From positions 868,001 through 932,000 of the forward strand of contig AP026124.1 in assembly GCA_030295235.1 (NCBI GenBank): a DNA stretch of 64,000 nt, written 5' to 3'. Within the stretch, counting starts at the first letter, position 1. Each line of letters starts with the position of its first letter. The notes beneath the pieces are model-generated. The model ran no database searches and was not told the DNA's origin. It worked only from the letters and a program-made list of their open reading frames with translations. Origin of the DNA: Fistulifera solaris (lineage: Eukaryota). Below, piece by piece: positions 24,606 through 36,925 of the stretch. Position numbers and translations under genes: made by a program.

Positions 24606-26133
24606 ATGAGCTCCCAGGAGTGCGGATCGACCCCGACGAGAAGTTCGTCCTCCGGGTCGAACCGTTCGAATGAGGATCTCCTTGCAAGCAAAAAGAGTTT
24701 TCCAGCATTCGACGATGCAATTCGTACAGAGTTGACCATGAACGAAAGCAGCTTTGACGACAAGGAAACGGGAGATAACGATAGTTCCGTTTTCTCGGAT
24801 GCGTCAACAAACATGCTCAACCTCTCCATTGACGCTCGAGCAGCCCTCGACGAGCACTTGAGACACGTGGCCAAGTTCGGTATTGACGACTCTCACTATG
24901 AGAACGACAATAAACAAGATTTTTCCTTCGAGTCTTATCAGAAAGACCCTCGCGATGCGCTTTGGCAAAGACTGGTGGACCCAAATTATTCAAACAATAC
25001 AACAAAGGACGCGACGCACCTTCTATCACACGATTTGATGAGACTTATCAGTAAGGCTTCCTTCGCGCAGTCAGTAGTAGGCCATAGTCAGGATGTTGAA
25101 ACTGTGAATGATCAGAGCAGTGATTACTTCAACAGTAGCCGCGTGTATCTGCTGAAAACTCCGGAACGCAATCGGTCACAACGATCAAACGCTGTAACTT
25201 GTCGGAACGACGAAGACGTCGCGGACGAGTTTTTTATCACATCAGAGTCACCAGTTGAACGTTCCCGAGACTATGCCAACGATCAATGCCTTGATTCAGA
25301 GAATGCAAAGATAGATGCCTCTCCCAGCGTTGGTATGCCACGCAATGACCCCAGTTTTTTGTGTTCGGCAGTCGACTTTTCTCGGATCAGTGATGACGGT
25401 ATCGGCGACCCTGCTGAATGTACTAGTCCTGTCACGCCCTTCACTTCTCGTGTCCGGGAAGGCCAATTCAAATCTGAAAAAAGTGGAAGTCAACAAGCGA
25501 AGGAATGTCGTCAACCCAATCATACTGTTAGTTCTCCGTCGTGGCGGTCATCGAAACAGACCCCTTCTACATCGCAACGGAAAGGAATACCTGCTCTCGA
25601 TCCGACTAATCAATCATTTGGAGTGTTTAAAAGGCGGAGCCCACCAAGCACACCCCAGTTTCTTAGAAGTGAAGATGTGCCGGATTTTGCTGCGAATTTG
25701 ACGCTATCTCCTATTGGATCGCATAGTCGACAAAATACTCCTTCTTTCAAACTGCCGCATTCCCCTGCACAGCCACATCAAAATCATTCTCGATCTCCCA
25801 CTTCGCCGCATGATGACCATATCAGTTCTCTGGCTGCGTACTGTTCTGCATCAAAATGTGCTCCTAGCGATGACCATTCCACACCACACAATTCGCCGCC
25901 GTTGAAACAAAGAAATGGAAATGGTTTGTCGGAGTTAAACTATGGACAAGATAGTCCCGAAAGTGCGTCCTCTGATTTTTTTGCTACGAGATCGACGACG
26001 CTTCCGAACAGTCGTCCCAACTCGCGTATTTTTCACTGACGCGGACGATATACCGGAACACGAGGATAGCTTCACTATTCCACCCAAGGGCGACGCGCTG
26101 CGTTCCGACCCGAAAACAACGCAAAACGTGTAA
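24606..26133 (+). CDS. Ser/Pro-rich low-complexity hypothetical protein
   Basis: 477-aa ORF, with a probable indel near 25980 extending it to 26133. Confidence 0.55.
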
Positions 26134-26244
26134 TCAGAAGCTTAAAATGTTGTAAAAAATAATTATTATGAATCGAGTGGCTAAATATAATACTTCGTAC
26201 CTTCGAAGTCCCCTTTCTCCTTTCATCAATCTCACACCACTAGA

Positions 26245-27015
26245 TCATTTGTTCGAAAATGTTCCCCTTGAAGTCGACTTCACAAAATCCGTCGCCATTG
26301 TTTGGACCTGCATGAGACCATCCTTCAATTTATCCATCGCCCTAAGTTTGGTGCGATAATTGGGGTCCATTTGAATAATATCCTGATAATTGCGACCAGC
26401 ACTACATCCAGCATCAGTAGCTCTCAACAAAACCAACTCCTCCGTGGCTTGGTTTTTGCTATTCGCAATCCAACGTGTCGTGTCTGGATGTATAACGAAC
26501 GCATCTCCTGCTTGGACCTCTGGTGTGTGAGAAACCCCATATTGCGAGAAACACCCTGTCCCAGAGAGCACGTAGTAGAATTCGACACCAAAAGACCGTG
26601 TCGGAGGAATTTCACGTCCCGGATGTAATGTTATGACTGAAACATTCAGTGACGATGTTTGGGCGTTCTCTGGACTAAGAATAAGACGAATAGACCCGTT
26701 CTCGGTTTCCGTCAGGACCTGCCCCGAATTGCAGAGTTCAGCTCCTTCGTACCAGTTCGTTTCACGTTCCTCGTCTCTCCAGATAGAATACCAAGTGTAT
26801 CTTAGTCGTTCGTGGATTCGAAACTGCGTGACAGCTGTGTTGTACAAAAGAGATAATCCTATACCTAACACAGCCCCGGAAAGAAACACACGGTCTGCCC
26901 TATCCAGCATACCCGAACCGGTTTCGGAGAAACCACTATAGGAAGTTTTCTTTTTATCTTTGCTTGTCGCCGCAGAGAGGGCAATGGCTAACGCCGATAA
27001 CACAAGGCTCCACAT
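26245..27015 (-). CDS. Cupin-2 domain protein with N-terminal hydrophobic segments
   Basis: LHPGREIP...EFYYVLSGTG...VQAGDAFVIHP cupin motifs. Confidence 0.75.
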   Translation of the reverse strand: MWSLVLSALAIALSAATSKDKKKTSYSGFSETGSGMLDRADRVFLSGAVLGIGLSLLYNTAVTQFRIHERLRYTWYSIWRDEERETNWYEGAELCNSGQVLTETENGSIRLILSPENAQTSSLNVSVITLHPGREIPPTRSFGVEFYYVLSGTGCFSQYGVSHTPEVQAGDAFVIHPDTTRWIANSKNQATEELVLLRATDAGCSAGRNYQDIIQMDPNYRTKLRAMDKLKDGLMQVQTMATDFVKSTSRGTFSNK

Positions 27016-27747
27016 TCTTATTTTTTCTTGGATGGTTGAGAGTGCCTGGTGTTGATCGTTGTTGCTTCTATTCGTAGAGCATTTGAAAATTGACACAACG
27101 AAGGCACATCAACATGATGGTCGTGTGTGTCAACTGTGAATATCATCATGCGGACGATTTTTGAGTTCTCCAGAATTCCATTACTGGTACCTGGTAGCTC
27201 TTTAATAGCTTCCTTTCTACATCGTAGCGGCAATGGAGCATAACGCCGGTTCATGACTTAAATCCAGTCGTGAAGAAAGGTCGTCTTCACTTAGGTCAAT
27301 AGTAAAATTGACTATAGTTCCAAAGTGTATTCTGGTTTAGTCACGAAACGGATTTGGATGTGGAAACGATGGCGATAAAACAACGAGAATGTGCGACAAT
27401 GACAAAGCGGAGCAATAATTAGCATGAATTCTATACGACGTTGTATCTTCGACTCGTCAGGCTGTTGCAAGATTTGTAGCTCACTAAATGATGCACTGGG
27501 GTTACGACCCAAAACAGAGGTGCCCTTGCAGACGGTTCAGGATCTAGAGAGTTATACGCAAGTATCAACGGTTCAACAAGCTTTAGCTCTATAAAACCGA
27601 GTGGAATTCTGACTCGTAGTACGGGCACGTTCCACAACATAACTCAGTCCGTATATCAGTTAACGGTACATGAGCATGGAAGGACGACGAACGTAGATCT
27701 ACCACCTGATCGGCATCACAGCCCATGTAGATATTACCTGATTGAGG

Positions 27748-30155
27748 CTAACGGATTCTCCGAAGTACCAGCACAAACCGACTTTTTCGTTCCGCATGAC
27801 TACCGCCACCGCTGCGCCATAAGCGATCAAAGTAGCTGGCTCCTCCTTCGGATGTAGGATCATAGGGAATATGCCCTATTTGTTCATTCGGCTGACCTTC
27901 AAGAAGCTCTACCATCTCCGTCCCCGAACTGAAAGTTTCAACTTTGCGAAAACCACCTTTACTCAGTGCAATGCTAGATTCTGACTTGAGGCGCACGCCT
28001 TCCTTTCCTAGCACTAATAGTGCCCGTAGTGCTGTCATCGATAGCAACCGCGCGTACCAACGATTATCGGTAACGATAACAATTCTTCCATTGGTTTTTA
28101 GACATTTTGCCATCGATATCATGGTAGCGGAGTTCAACATGTGAGCTGGTTCAGATCCACCATCTACTATAGCACCAAGTTCGCTCTGGTTCTCACCAAA
28201 CGTTTGAGTCGGTGGTTCGGGATGATTGGCGAAAAATGTGGAGATTGATCTTTCTTGAGGAAGGCGAAAGGCTAGAAAACTTCCAGCATCTGATCCTACA
28301 ACGCAAAAGTCTCTTACTGGAAGACATATTCAAACCCAGCATCCCCTTCGCAAAAATTTGAGCAACACGATCAGCTCGCAATTCAACGGCAATATGATTC
28401 CGATCTTGACGCACGCTGGTTTGCCTTACAATCCAATCACCAAATCCAGCCCCTATCTCAACGTCGATCGGTAGATTCGGGTTGTCAAAGACTTGATTCA
28501 GAACCAACGTGCCTTGAGAACCGACAGCACTAGCCGTATTTTTGCCACTGCCAGAAACGATAGGCTTGGTGTCTGATGAAAGTCTATTCTGAGTAGTTGA
28601 TTGCATTACTTCCGCTAATCCAAAAGAATACCAGAGTGGAGACGAAAAGTCAGATGCAACACTTGCACTGGAAGCTTGGGAAGCTTTAAGCAAATCTGTC
28701 GTTCCTCCTCCACCAAAGTAAAACAATCTCTTCAAGAGTCCACAACGAACTTGCTCCAACAGATCACCCTTGTCTTTCTGTTTTCGAAGTCTAACCAACT
28801 CTTTGGCCTCGTTCTCCATCTCAGTAAGTCTATGATTGCGATACGTATTGTTGGACGATTTTCGTTGAGAAGCGCCTTCGTCCGATACCTTTTCCAAGCA
28901 CGCTTACCCCCGACAGCTTGCTGCTTCTTCAACTGTCGTTTGGAAACAGGAGATTCTAATTCAGTAACATTCATTTCTTCCTCGAGCAAGGAACGTGAAA
29001 GCTTACAAGCGCTAAATACCCGTTGACATGCGGTCCACATACTATCAAAGTCCCCGAGTAATGCATACGCTCTCGCCAGGGCGATATTTACGACAGCAAG
29101 ACTTTCCAACGATGCCTGATCTCCGCCACTAATGCAAGCTTTTCCTTTGATCACAATGTTATACGCACTTTGAAGCTGCTTCATGCGTTCCAGGGCATCT
29201 TCGGTCCGAAGAGCTTGACAAAGAATCACAGCAGAGTATTCATAAGAAGAAACATCAACATGCTCGGCACCGACATTCTTGGAAAAGAGTTCCCATGCTT
29301 CTTCACTCGAAACGACACCTCCACACAATTCGTCATTCTTTCCTGAAACAGAAACTGATACCGAAGCTGTCCACAAACATCCTCTTAATAATGTATTCAG
29401 CGTCCGAACGTTTGGTTTCTCCTTCGCCAACTTGATCATTTTCCTGAACAATTGCATTGCCTGTAGAATCCGACCTGAATGAGCGTATGCTTTCATCAGT
29501 GCGGTGTTTGTTTCCACGTTACAATCGTCCCCTAAAGCATCAATAACCTTTTCTGCTTCTTCTACATTACCGCATCGCGCACAGCAGTCTACGAGAATAC
29601 AAGCATGGTGCCCATCTCGAATGAAATCGTTCTTTTGACTCCGATACAAGTGTAAGGCTTCATCCAGTCGCTTGCGGCGTGAGCAATCCTGCAGCTGTTT
29701 AGTCAGCTCAATTGCTTCAGCGGAAAGAGGTTTCTTGCTGTGTGATCTTTGTCGCTTTGAATTCGAATGTTTCTTATCATGATTGCGGTCGTCCGAATTT
29801 CGCTTTCGAGACTCTGGTCGAGGTTGGCGTTCTTTGACGGAATTCTTCTCCGGTTTTTGCGCCTTTGCTCGGTCATCCCCCCTTTGAGATAGGAAGAGAG
29901 GATGATTTGGATTTCTTAGCCAAGGCTGATTCAAACAATTCACTAAACACCATTCTGCCTTATCTTGTAGCATGTTCCCTGGCAGAAATGGGAAATGGGC
30001 GCTCGGCCGGCGGCTGGCGTAGTGAAAACTGAAAAAGGGAAGTCAAGAGCGAAGCGACCGACGATCAGACGCCGTTCTGTTTTACTCGGAGTACGATTTT
30101 GTTACGATGGACTGAGAAGTATTAGTTCTCGAGACCACGACTGAACGTCAGTCAT
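27748..30155 (-). CDS. PPR-repeat protein fused to a TrmB-like tRNA (m7G46) methyltransferase
   Basis: ATG 30155, intron 30029-30105. PPR motifs (NTALMKAYAHSGRILQAMQLF; PNVRTLNTLLRGC). C-terminal VEIGAGFGDW..IAVELR, NHPEP and IVIVTDNRWY. Indels near 28890 and 28310. Confidence 0.75.
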
Positions 30156-30671
30156 GAAGCAACATTCTCTTCCGATGACCCATAGACTCTACCTAACTTT
30201 CCTTCGCATTTGCACACATATAACTAAAGTTGCTTGTCAACACTATATTTACTTATTTCAATACATTTAAAAATATTTTGGCTCGCTGTATTGTTGATTT
30301 GCTAAAATTCCAATGTAAGCAGAATTGGCACGACTGCATTTTAGGCATGGGCATTGTTCGTCTGATTCAAACTGATGGGTCTAAGTAAGCATCGATCGTT
30401 CCGCAAGATAGGTAAGCTGATGCAGTCTTCTTCAAAAGCAATGAATTGAGATATGAAAAGTTTGATGTTGAATAACAATCTAGGTCAACTAGTACATGAA
30501 ATGATCTTTCTAAAAATAGCTGAGGTGCACCTTTACCCAAAAAGAGTAATTACTCATACAGACATTAAGACGAGTTGATTCATTCAGGAGTAAATCTACT
30601 TGGCGGGCATCATGCTAATAGTAATGCTGTTCAGGGTACCAACAAACAATACCAGGTAACCCCTGAAAGGG

Positions 30672-31753
30672 TCATGCGTTTCTCTCCATTGATTCCGTAA
30701 AATCATCGAAAACCGACGATTGTCGATGGGAGATCTCTCTCGCTTCTGTGATGATTCTTTGGACGAGATCTTCCACCAGAGGAATATCGTGAATCATACC
30801 ATGCGATTGCCCAATAAACTGCACTCCTTCGTCTAACTTCCCGTCTACGGTTGCGGCCATGAGTGCTTCTGTAGCAGCTCCAAACTGCGCAACCATAAAC
30901 ATCTTGTCCCACTGAGCAATGAGACCAGGGAGAACTTTCCACAGCGGCAATTTCATCTTATCAGCAGCCTGGAATGCTCGATATATAGTTGTTCCTATGA
31001 ATGGTTTGGATTTCATAAGTTTTTCGGATCTTGGTGTTTTCAGAACGCGAGCTGGTATGCCGTCAAAATTGCTTCCATAAATTGTATTTGATTCGTTCGA
31101 TTTGACGATGGCTTCCTTGACCGCTTGCGCCAAAGGGCTCTCTTGTGTTGTTGCAAACCGCGACCCCATCGCTACCGCATCCGCCCCTAGCGCCAGCGCT
31201 CCGGCCAAACCTCTTCCATTCGCAAACCCCCCTGCCGCAACAATCGGTATCTCAGGAAAATGCTCTGCTATAGCGGTAATTAATACCAGCGAGGTCACGT
31301 CCCCTCCATGTGCCGCTGCTTCGTGTCCGGTCACCATGATAGCGTCAGCTCCTGCTTCAATAGCGGCTGCGGCATGTTTCTTGTTGGTGACTGTCGACAA
31401 TATCTTTCCTCCATAACTGTGTGCAGTGTCAGCTATCCAATCTGCTTTACCTAGACTGATATTGATGATGGGGACCTGCTCGTCGAGAGCAACTTGGGCA
31501 TTCTCCTTGGCTCCGGGCATGAGCAAAGTAGCACCGATTCCGAAGGGTTTATCTGTCGCTATTCGGATGCGTCGTATGGCTTCTCGTGTTTCGGATGCCG
31601 TCAGAGGTCCCGTCGCCAGAATTCCGACACCTCCCGCACTAGAAACAGCAGCCACCAGCTCCGGTGTCGATATCCAGCTCATGCCCGGTAAGACCAGAGG
31701 ATAGCGGCATCCAAACAGCTGGGTAATTCGTGTACGAACAGCGGGTTGTGACA
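30672..31753 (-). CDS. Nitronate monooxygenase / FabK-like flavoprotein
   Basis: PELVAAVSSAGGVG, GHEAAAHGG, PIVAAGGFANG and MGSRFATTQES motifs. Confidence 0.9.
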
Positions 31754-32229
31754 TTCTGTGACTTAGCAACCTTTTCGGTTAGTGTATTTTGTGTTGAATT
31801 GTGATTTGCTAGTGGATGAGTCAATGAGATATCATTGAAATGAATGACATGTAGCTTGACATCGAAAAACGTGACGGCCAATTTTCGTTTTGTTCTTTGC
31901 GTTCTTCTCCTTCATTCGACAGCCAAAAGATACTATAGCATTCTGCAAACGGTAGGACATCTTCGTTGTACATGATCAATTATAGTATCCGACCTCCAAC
32001 CGTAACGTTCGCTTTCGCTTGGAGTGTGGCGCGACAACCACGAAAGGCGTCCGCCGATGGCTAAAATTATCGAAACAGCTGCACTTTTCGTTTCCTCGTC
32101 TTTCGTGCGGTAGCTTTCCTTCCCTCCAAAAACCTAAACGAAGGTGCTGACGTCGTAAAAGCCATCTGTTTCGCCTCTTCAGACCCACATTTTCTTAAAT
32201 CTCAACCGCTTTACAATTAAAATAGAATC

Positions 32230-34097
32230 ATGTTTGGTGGAGGAGGACGAAAGCGTCGCGATGAGCCGCAATCGCTTTCTCAAGCGATGCAACCCGAAAA
32301 TCCGCCGACCGGCGGTCGCAGCAATGTCACAGGATTCGATCCCGAAGGACTGGAACGCGCCGCGAAAGCCGCCCGCGATCTCGACAACAGTCGAAATGCC
32401 CAAGCGGCGATTGAATTGATCAAAACGCAAGAAACCACCAAACAGCATGAAGCCGCCGCGAAACGCGCCGAAATGGACGCTTATGCACAACAAATGCGCG
32501 CACAGAACATTGAAAAGGAAGCCGATGAAGCACGCAAGACGCTTGATGCACAGACGCAGCATGATAAACACCGTATGGAGTATCAAGATCAGCTGGAGCG
32601 GAAGAGACAGGTGGACATGCTTAATGCGCAGAAATACATGCAAGAGTAAGTCATTGTCGAGTTTGGTCAATTATTCCTCTGTTGGAGAAAATGGTCTCAC
32701 ATTTCGGATTAATTTGCTTCTTATTCAGAGAACAACTGAAGAAACAGGAAGAAATCGCGGCTCGGCAAGAAGAGATGCGTCGCAAGACTGCGGAATACGA
32801 GGCGGAGTTGCGCACAAAGACTGAAATTGCCAAAGCACGAGCCGAAACCGAAGGAAGAATCGCACAAGAGCGTCAAAATCACGATTTAATTTTAGAGAAA
32901 GTCCGATTGGAAGCGAAAGAACACCGAGACACCGTCCTACAGGCTATTACAGATGGTGGAAAAATTTTAGGAGAGGGCCTATCATCGTACCTTGAGGACA
33001 CGGAAAAGTTACGCAATACTGCCTTGACAATCACTGGAATTGCTGTTGGAGTTTATACTGCTCGTACCAGCATTGGGGTTGCCGGACGGTTTGTTGAAGC
33101 TCGTTTGGGTAAGCCTAGTTTGGTTCGTGAGACATCTCGACTATCTGCGGGGCAATTTTTGCGTCAGCCGTTGGCATCGACTCAGCGTCTCTTCGGCATG
33201 GGTCGGAAGGAGACTGATGCTTTGAAGGGAATTGTGCTGGAGAATAATTTGGATACGCAACTTCGAAAGATTGCAGTGTCAACGGCAAACACGAAAAGAA
33301 TCGTGCTCCGTTCCGCCATTTGCTACTCCACGGTACGTTACATATCAGTCGATCCTTGAAATAGTGAATGGTTTTCTCAGTTTTTTGTTGATCAGGTCCT
33401 CCGGGAACTGGAAAGACAATGTTTGCACGCAGCTTAGCTGAGTGTTCTGGTTTAGATTATGCCATCTTGACGGGAGGTGATATTGCTCCTTTGGGTCGTG
33501 ATGCTGTTACCGAGTTGCACAAATTGTTTGATTGGGCGAAAACGAGTCGCAAAGGCCTCCTTGTGTTTGTCGACGAGGCGGATGCATTTTGCAGTCTCGT
33601 GAGACAGCTCGCATATCAGAGGACCAAAGGAATGCTTTGAATGCTTTTTTGTTTCGTACAGGAACAGAGAGCGATCAATTCATGGTAGTTTATGCTAGTA
33701 ACCAGCCTTCTCAGTTTGATGAAGCCGTCATGGACCGAGTGGATGAAATGGTAGAATTTAGACTCCCCGGTGAAGATGAACGTCGCGCAATGATCGCACT
33801 GTATATTGAGAAGTATTTGTTGAACCCACCGGGACGCTTGACAAAGAAGGTGACCACCGAAAACATTGCCGACGCGGAAATCGAAAGAGTTGTCAAGGAA
33901 ACCGAGGGCTTTTCTGGACGAGCAATCTCGAAACTAGCTATTGCATGGCAAGCAGCTGCCTACGGAACAGAGGGCGCAGTACTGGATCGCGACACTTTCT
34001 TCACTACCGTTGAACACCACAAAAGAGTATGCTAACAAAGGAGGAGTGGTTGAAGCACGCCGCAGAACGAGCTCAATTGCTCGCGCAAGATCGTTAA
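32230..34097 (+). CDS. ATAD3: ATAD3 mitochondrial AAA+ ATPase
   Basis: [35 protein letters not shown] (Walker A) and VFVDEAD (Walker B). Introns about 32647-32728 and 33333-33395; several indels. Confidence 0.93.
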
Positions 34098-34116
34098 GAT
34101 AGTTGAATTATAGAAC

Positions 34117-35520
34117 TTACGCTGTCATTTTGTCTTCGATTATAACCCCTTGACCGTAGTCCGCGGCCTCTACTGTCAGTGGGCAAACGGTTGCGTGAGG
34201 CCATTGCGCCCAAACTTCACATATCCGTTGTCTCACTTCATCTTGATTGATATATAAACATGCCAAGGCGTCGTAACCACCTGCTCCTGGAACCAATGCA
34301 GCGACCACACCCGGTACGGCACTTGTGGCATCGGCAAGAGTAGTTTGTTCATCAGGCTCGACAGGAACTCCAGCACCCTCACCCATCTGTTTGAGATGCC
34401 GCCGAGTATCTAAAAGCAGTCGTCTCAGCTCTGCTGTTAATCTTCCTGTCTCCTTTTGAACAGCCGTCCATCCATTTAAACCATCGCTCCATTTCTCGGG
34501 GGAACAGCTCGCTAGTTGGGTGACTTCTTCCTTGGTAAGAGATGGAAGATCCATCAACTGCTGCCACACACGAACAATCTCCTGATTCGCTTCAGCAAGT
34601 TCATCCCAATGGCTTATGCGTCCTTTTTGTTGCTTTCGTTTCCATGCGAGAACCGATCTCGCCATACTAGGACTCTCGGAGCCACCGGAGACATCGGCCA
34701 TGATGACTTGTAAAAAGCCGCGCATGGTCAGTGGTTTGATCACGCCTCCAGGCCACGTAGACTCGACAACATCTTTTAGTAATGATTTTGCGTGTACGAT
34801 AGAGGAAGGTGTTTCGAGCGTCGACAGGAGTTCGTGCAAAATAGTTTCCGGAAATCGTTGATAGACATGAGACCCGTGACAAGCAGCGCTCACATCAAAG
34901 CCACTGCCGACCTTTCCTTGCGCATAGCAATGACTAATTTGTGCCAAGTTATAGAGAATTGCATCCGATTTTTGAAACTTGTGACAGAGTGCTCCAACCA
35001 TACTCGTCACGAGACACGCGCTACTTCCTAAACCGGACTTGCACACTTTTCTCGAAGTCTGGTCGACAGTGGCTGGTAAGAATTTCGGAAGTGATAAAGC
35101 GTTATTTAAAGTGATGGGAAGGTTTCGTTCTTTTAAATGAGTCGCCAGGGAGTAAAAGTCGTTGTCTGCTTGTATTTTTAAGTGTATGGAGTGGACAGAG
35201 GGGTCGTTCTCAAGGAGATAGAGCAATGACACGCGCAAGGTTTTCTCAATCAACTCATTCGACGAAGCGTTCATCGATTCGGCAAAAGTCCCTTCCTTTC
35301 GATTGTAACTATACTTCCAACTTTGACCGAATTGCGGGCTGTCGACTTGAATCTGAACCGTGTTGTCACTGTGTTCCGCACGTGATATCATGGCGGTAGT
35401 AAAAACTCGCTTGTCGACAGCAATCACGAGACCAAAGTTCATCGGTTCTAGTACCAGATAGCCTCCGGCTAGCAGTATTTTGCCTGGGGCTGACACAGTA
35501 ATTGATGAGGAAGTTGTCAT
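34117..35520 (-). CDS. ERG8: Phosphomevalonate kinase (ERG8 type, GHMP family)
   Basis: SAPGKILLAGGYLVL, KSGLGSSA, AQGKVGSGFDV and PGAGGYDA motifs. Confidence 0.93.
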   Translation of the reverse strand: MTTSSSITVSAPGKILLAGGYLVLEPMNFGLVIAVDKRVFTTAMISRAEHSDNTVQIQVDSPQFGQSWKYSYNRKEGTFAESMNASSNELIEKTLRVSLLYLLENDPSVHSIHLKIQADNDFYSLATHLKERNLPITLNNALSLPKFLPATVDQTSRKVCKSGLGSSACLVTSMVGALCHKFQKSDAILYNLAQISHCYAQGKVGSGFDVSAACHGSHVYQRFPETILHELLSTLETPSSIVHAKSLLKDVVESTWPGGVIKPLTMRGFLQVIMADVSGGSESPSMARSVLAWKRKQQKGRISHWDELAEANQEIVRVWQQLMDLPSLTKEEVTQLASCSPEKWSDGLNGWTAVQKETGRLTAELRRLLLDTRRHLKQMGEGAGVPVEPDEQTTLADATSAVPGVVAALVPGAGGYDALACLYINQDEVRQRICEVWAQWPHATVCPLTVEAADYGQGVIIEDKMTA

Positions 35521-36925
35521 GTTTGTTGTTAACGTATCACCTCGACCAGTAATTGATTCAAGAGTTTACTTTTTGAAGTAATGAGACGAGTGTTTTTTTT
35601 ACCAGGTACAAGTACCTGGTACAAGTAATGCGATGTGGATCTATCTCATCGCCGACAAGCAGACGCAGACGCAGACACGCACACTGGCGATACATCGAAG
35701 CAGTGTGCGATTGAAATAACAAGACTGAAACAGTGCGTGAACCGTGGCGCAAACAAATACCGAGTAAAACGCAAGAAAACTTCCAAAAATAATAATCATC
35801 TCACCCATCATCATCGTCGAGGCACACAAAGTGCCTCCAATGGACGACTTGGCATTCGGCATCCATTCTTTCCCCCCCCCTTGTTCAAACTGAATTCCAA
35901 ACGCGTATTGCGCATGTGAAAGACGAGCAGGCCAGGCCCGCTGCTGCATTCATGAAAAATATTCAGACGCGTATACCGTGACATTCATTCGTGGGTCGTG
36001 GGATCCTAACATTTGGAGAAAACCGTTGCTCGACGCAGAAATACTTAGATAGCTCCCTCTAAATGATTTTTAAATTGAGTTTGTGAACACAAACTGATTT
36101 TGATTTTAGGATAGGAGAAGCATCGCCAAACATCTTTCTCTCTTGTTTTCGCTGCGTTCTTCTTCTTCTCACATCTCCTCTCAAAGGCGACTGAGAGAGG
36201 TTTGATCTCCTCCCCGTATTCAGTTGTTGCCAAAGCTGTGGCCTACGATCACAGCTTGGGACTGTATGGTTGAATACAAAGTGGGAGCGCATGAAGGGTT
36301 GTGGTGCGTATGTCCCGAGGAAGGAGGAGTCGTCTCGCGAAACGGCAACCTCGTGTCGTCTCTCGACGATTCGCTTGCCTACTTGCGAGGGCTTTCCTGC
36401 CTTACCGGAAAACACGCAGTTGGAGCATTGTGCTGGGAAAAGTTCTTCACCTGAGTTGTGGGATCCATGAGGCGTGCCGAAGAACTGTGTGCGCCGATGA
36501 TTGGTGAAGCTATGGTAACGGTTGAGCGGGGTTTGGGGTTCACCCGCTGAGCAGCTTATGAAAGCCACATTCGCCTTTCCGCTCCCAACCGGATACATGG
36601 GCGTTTGTGATTGCATGTTGACATCTGCTTAACGTCTTCGGAGCTCTTGCGGTGCTAATGAGTTATCCTAGAAATAGGTTAGCGGTTACGGGCAATAGCA
36701 GGGGTCCCCCATATGTCCCAGCACAATGAAAAATGTATACCACAACTCCTTTCATGCTAACACTAGTTCATTTCAAAACCAAATAAACTAAAAAAATATA
36801 TAAAATACAACGGATGGATGCGCGCGGTGGGTAAGGGTGACGGGAGAAACTCCTCCATCTGATGCTGTCAAATTTGTTTGCTCAAGCGGTTTCGTAGTCG
36901 TGTGGCTTGTTGTTTGCCCTAGTTT

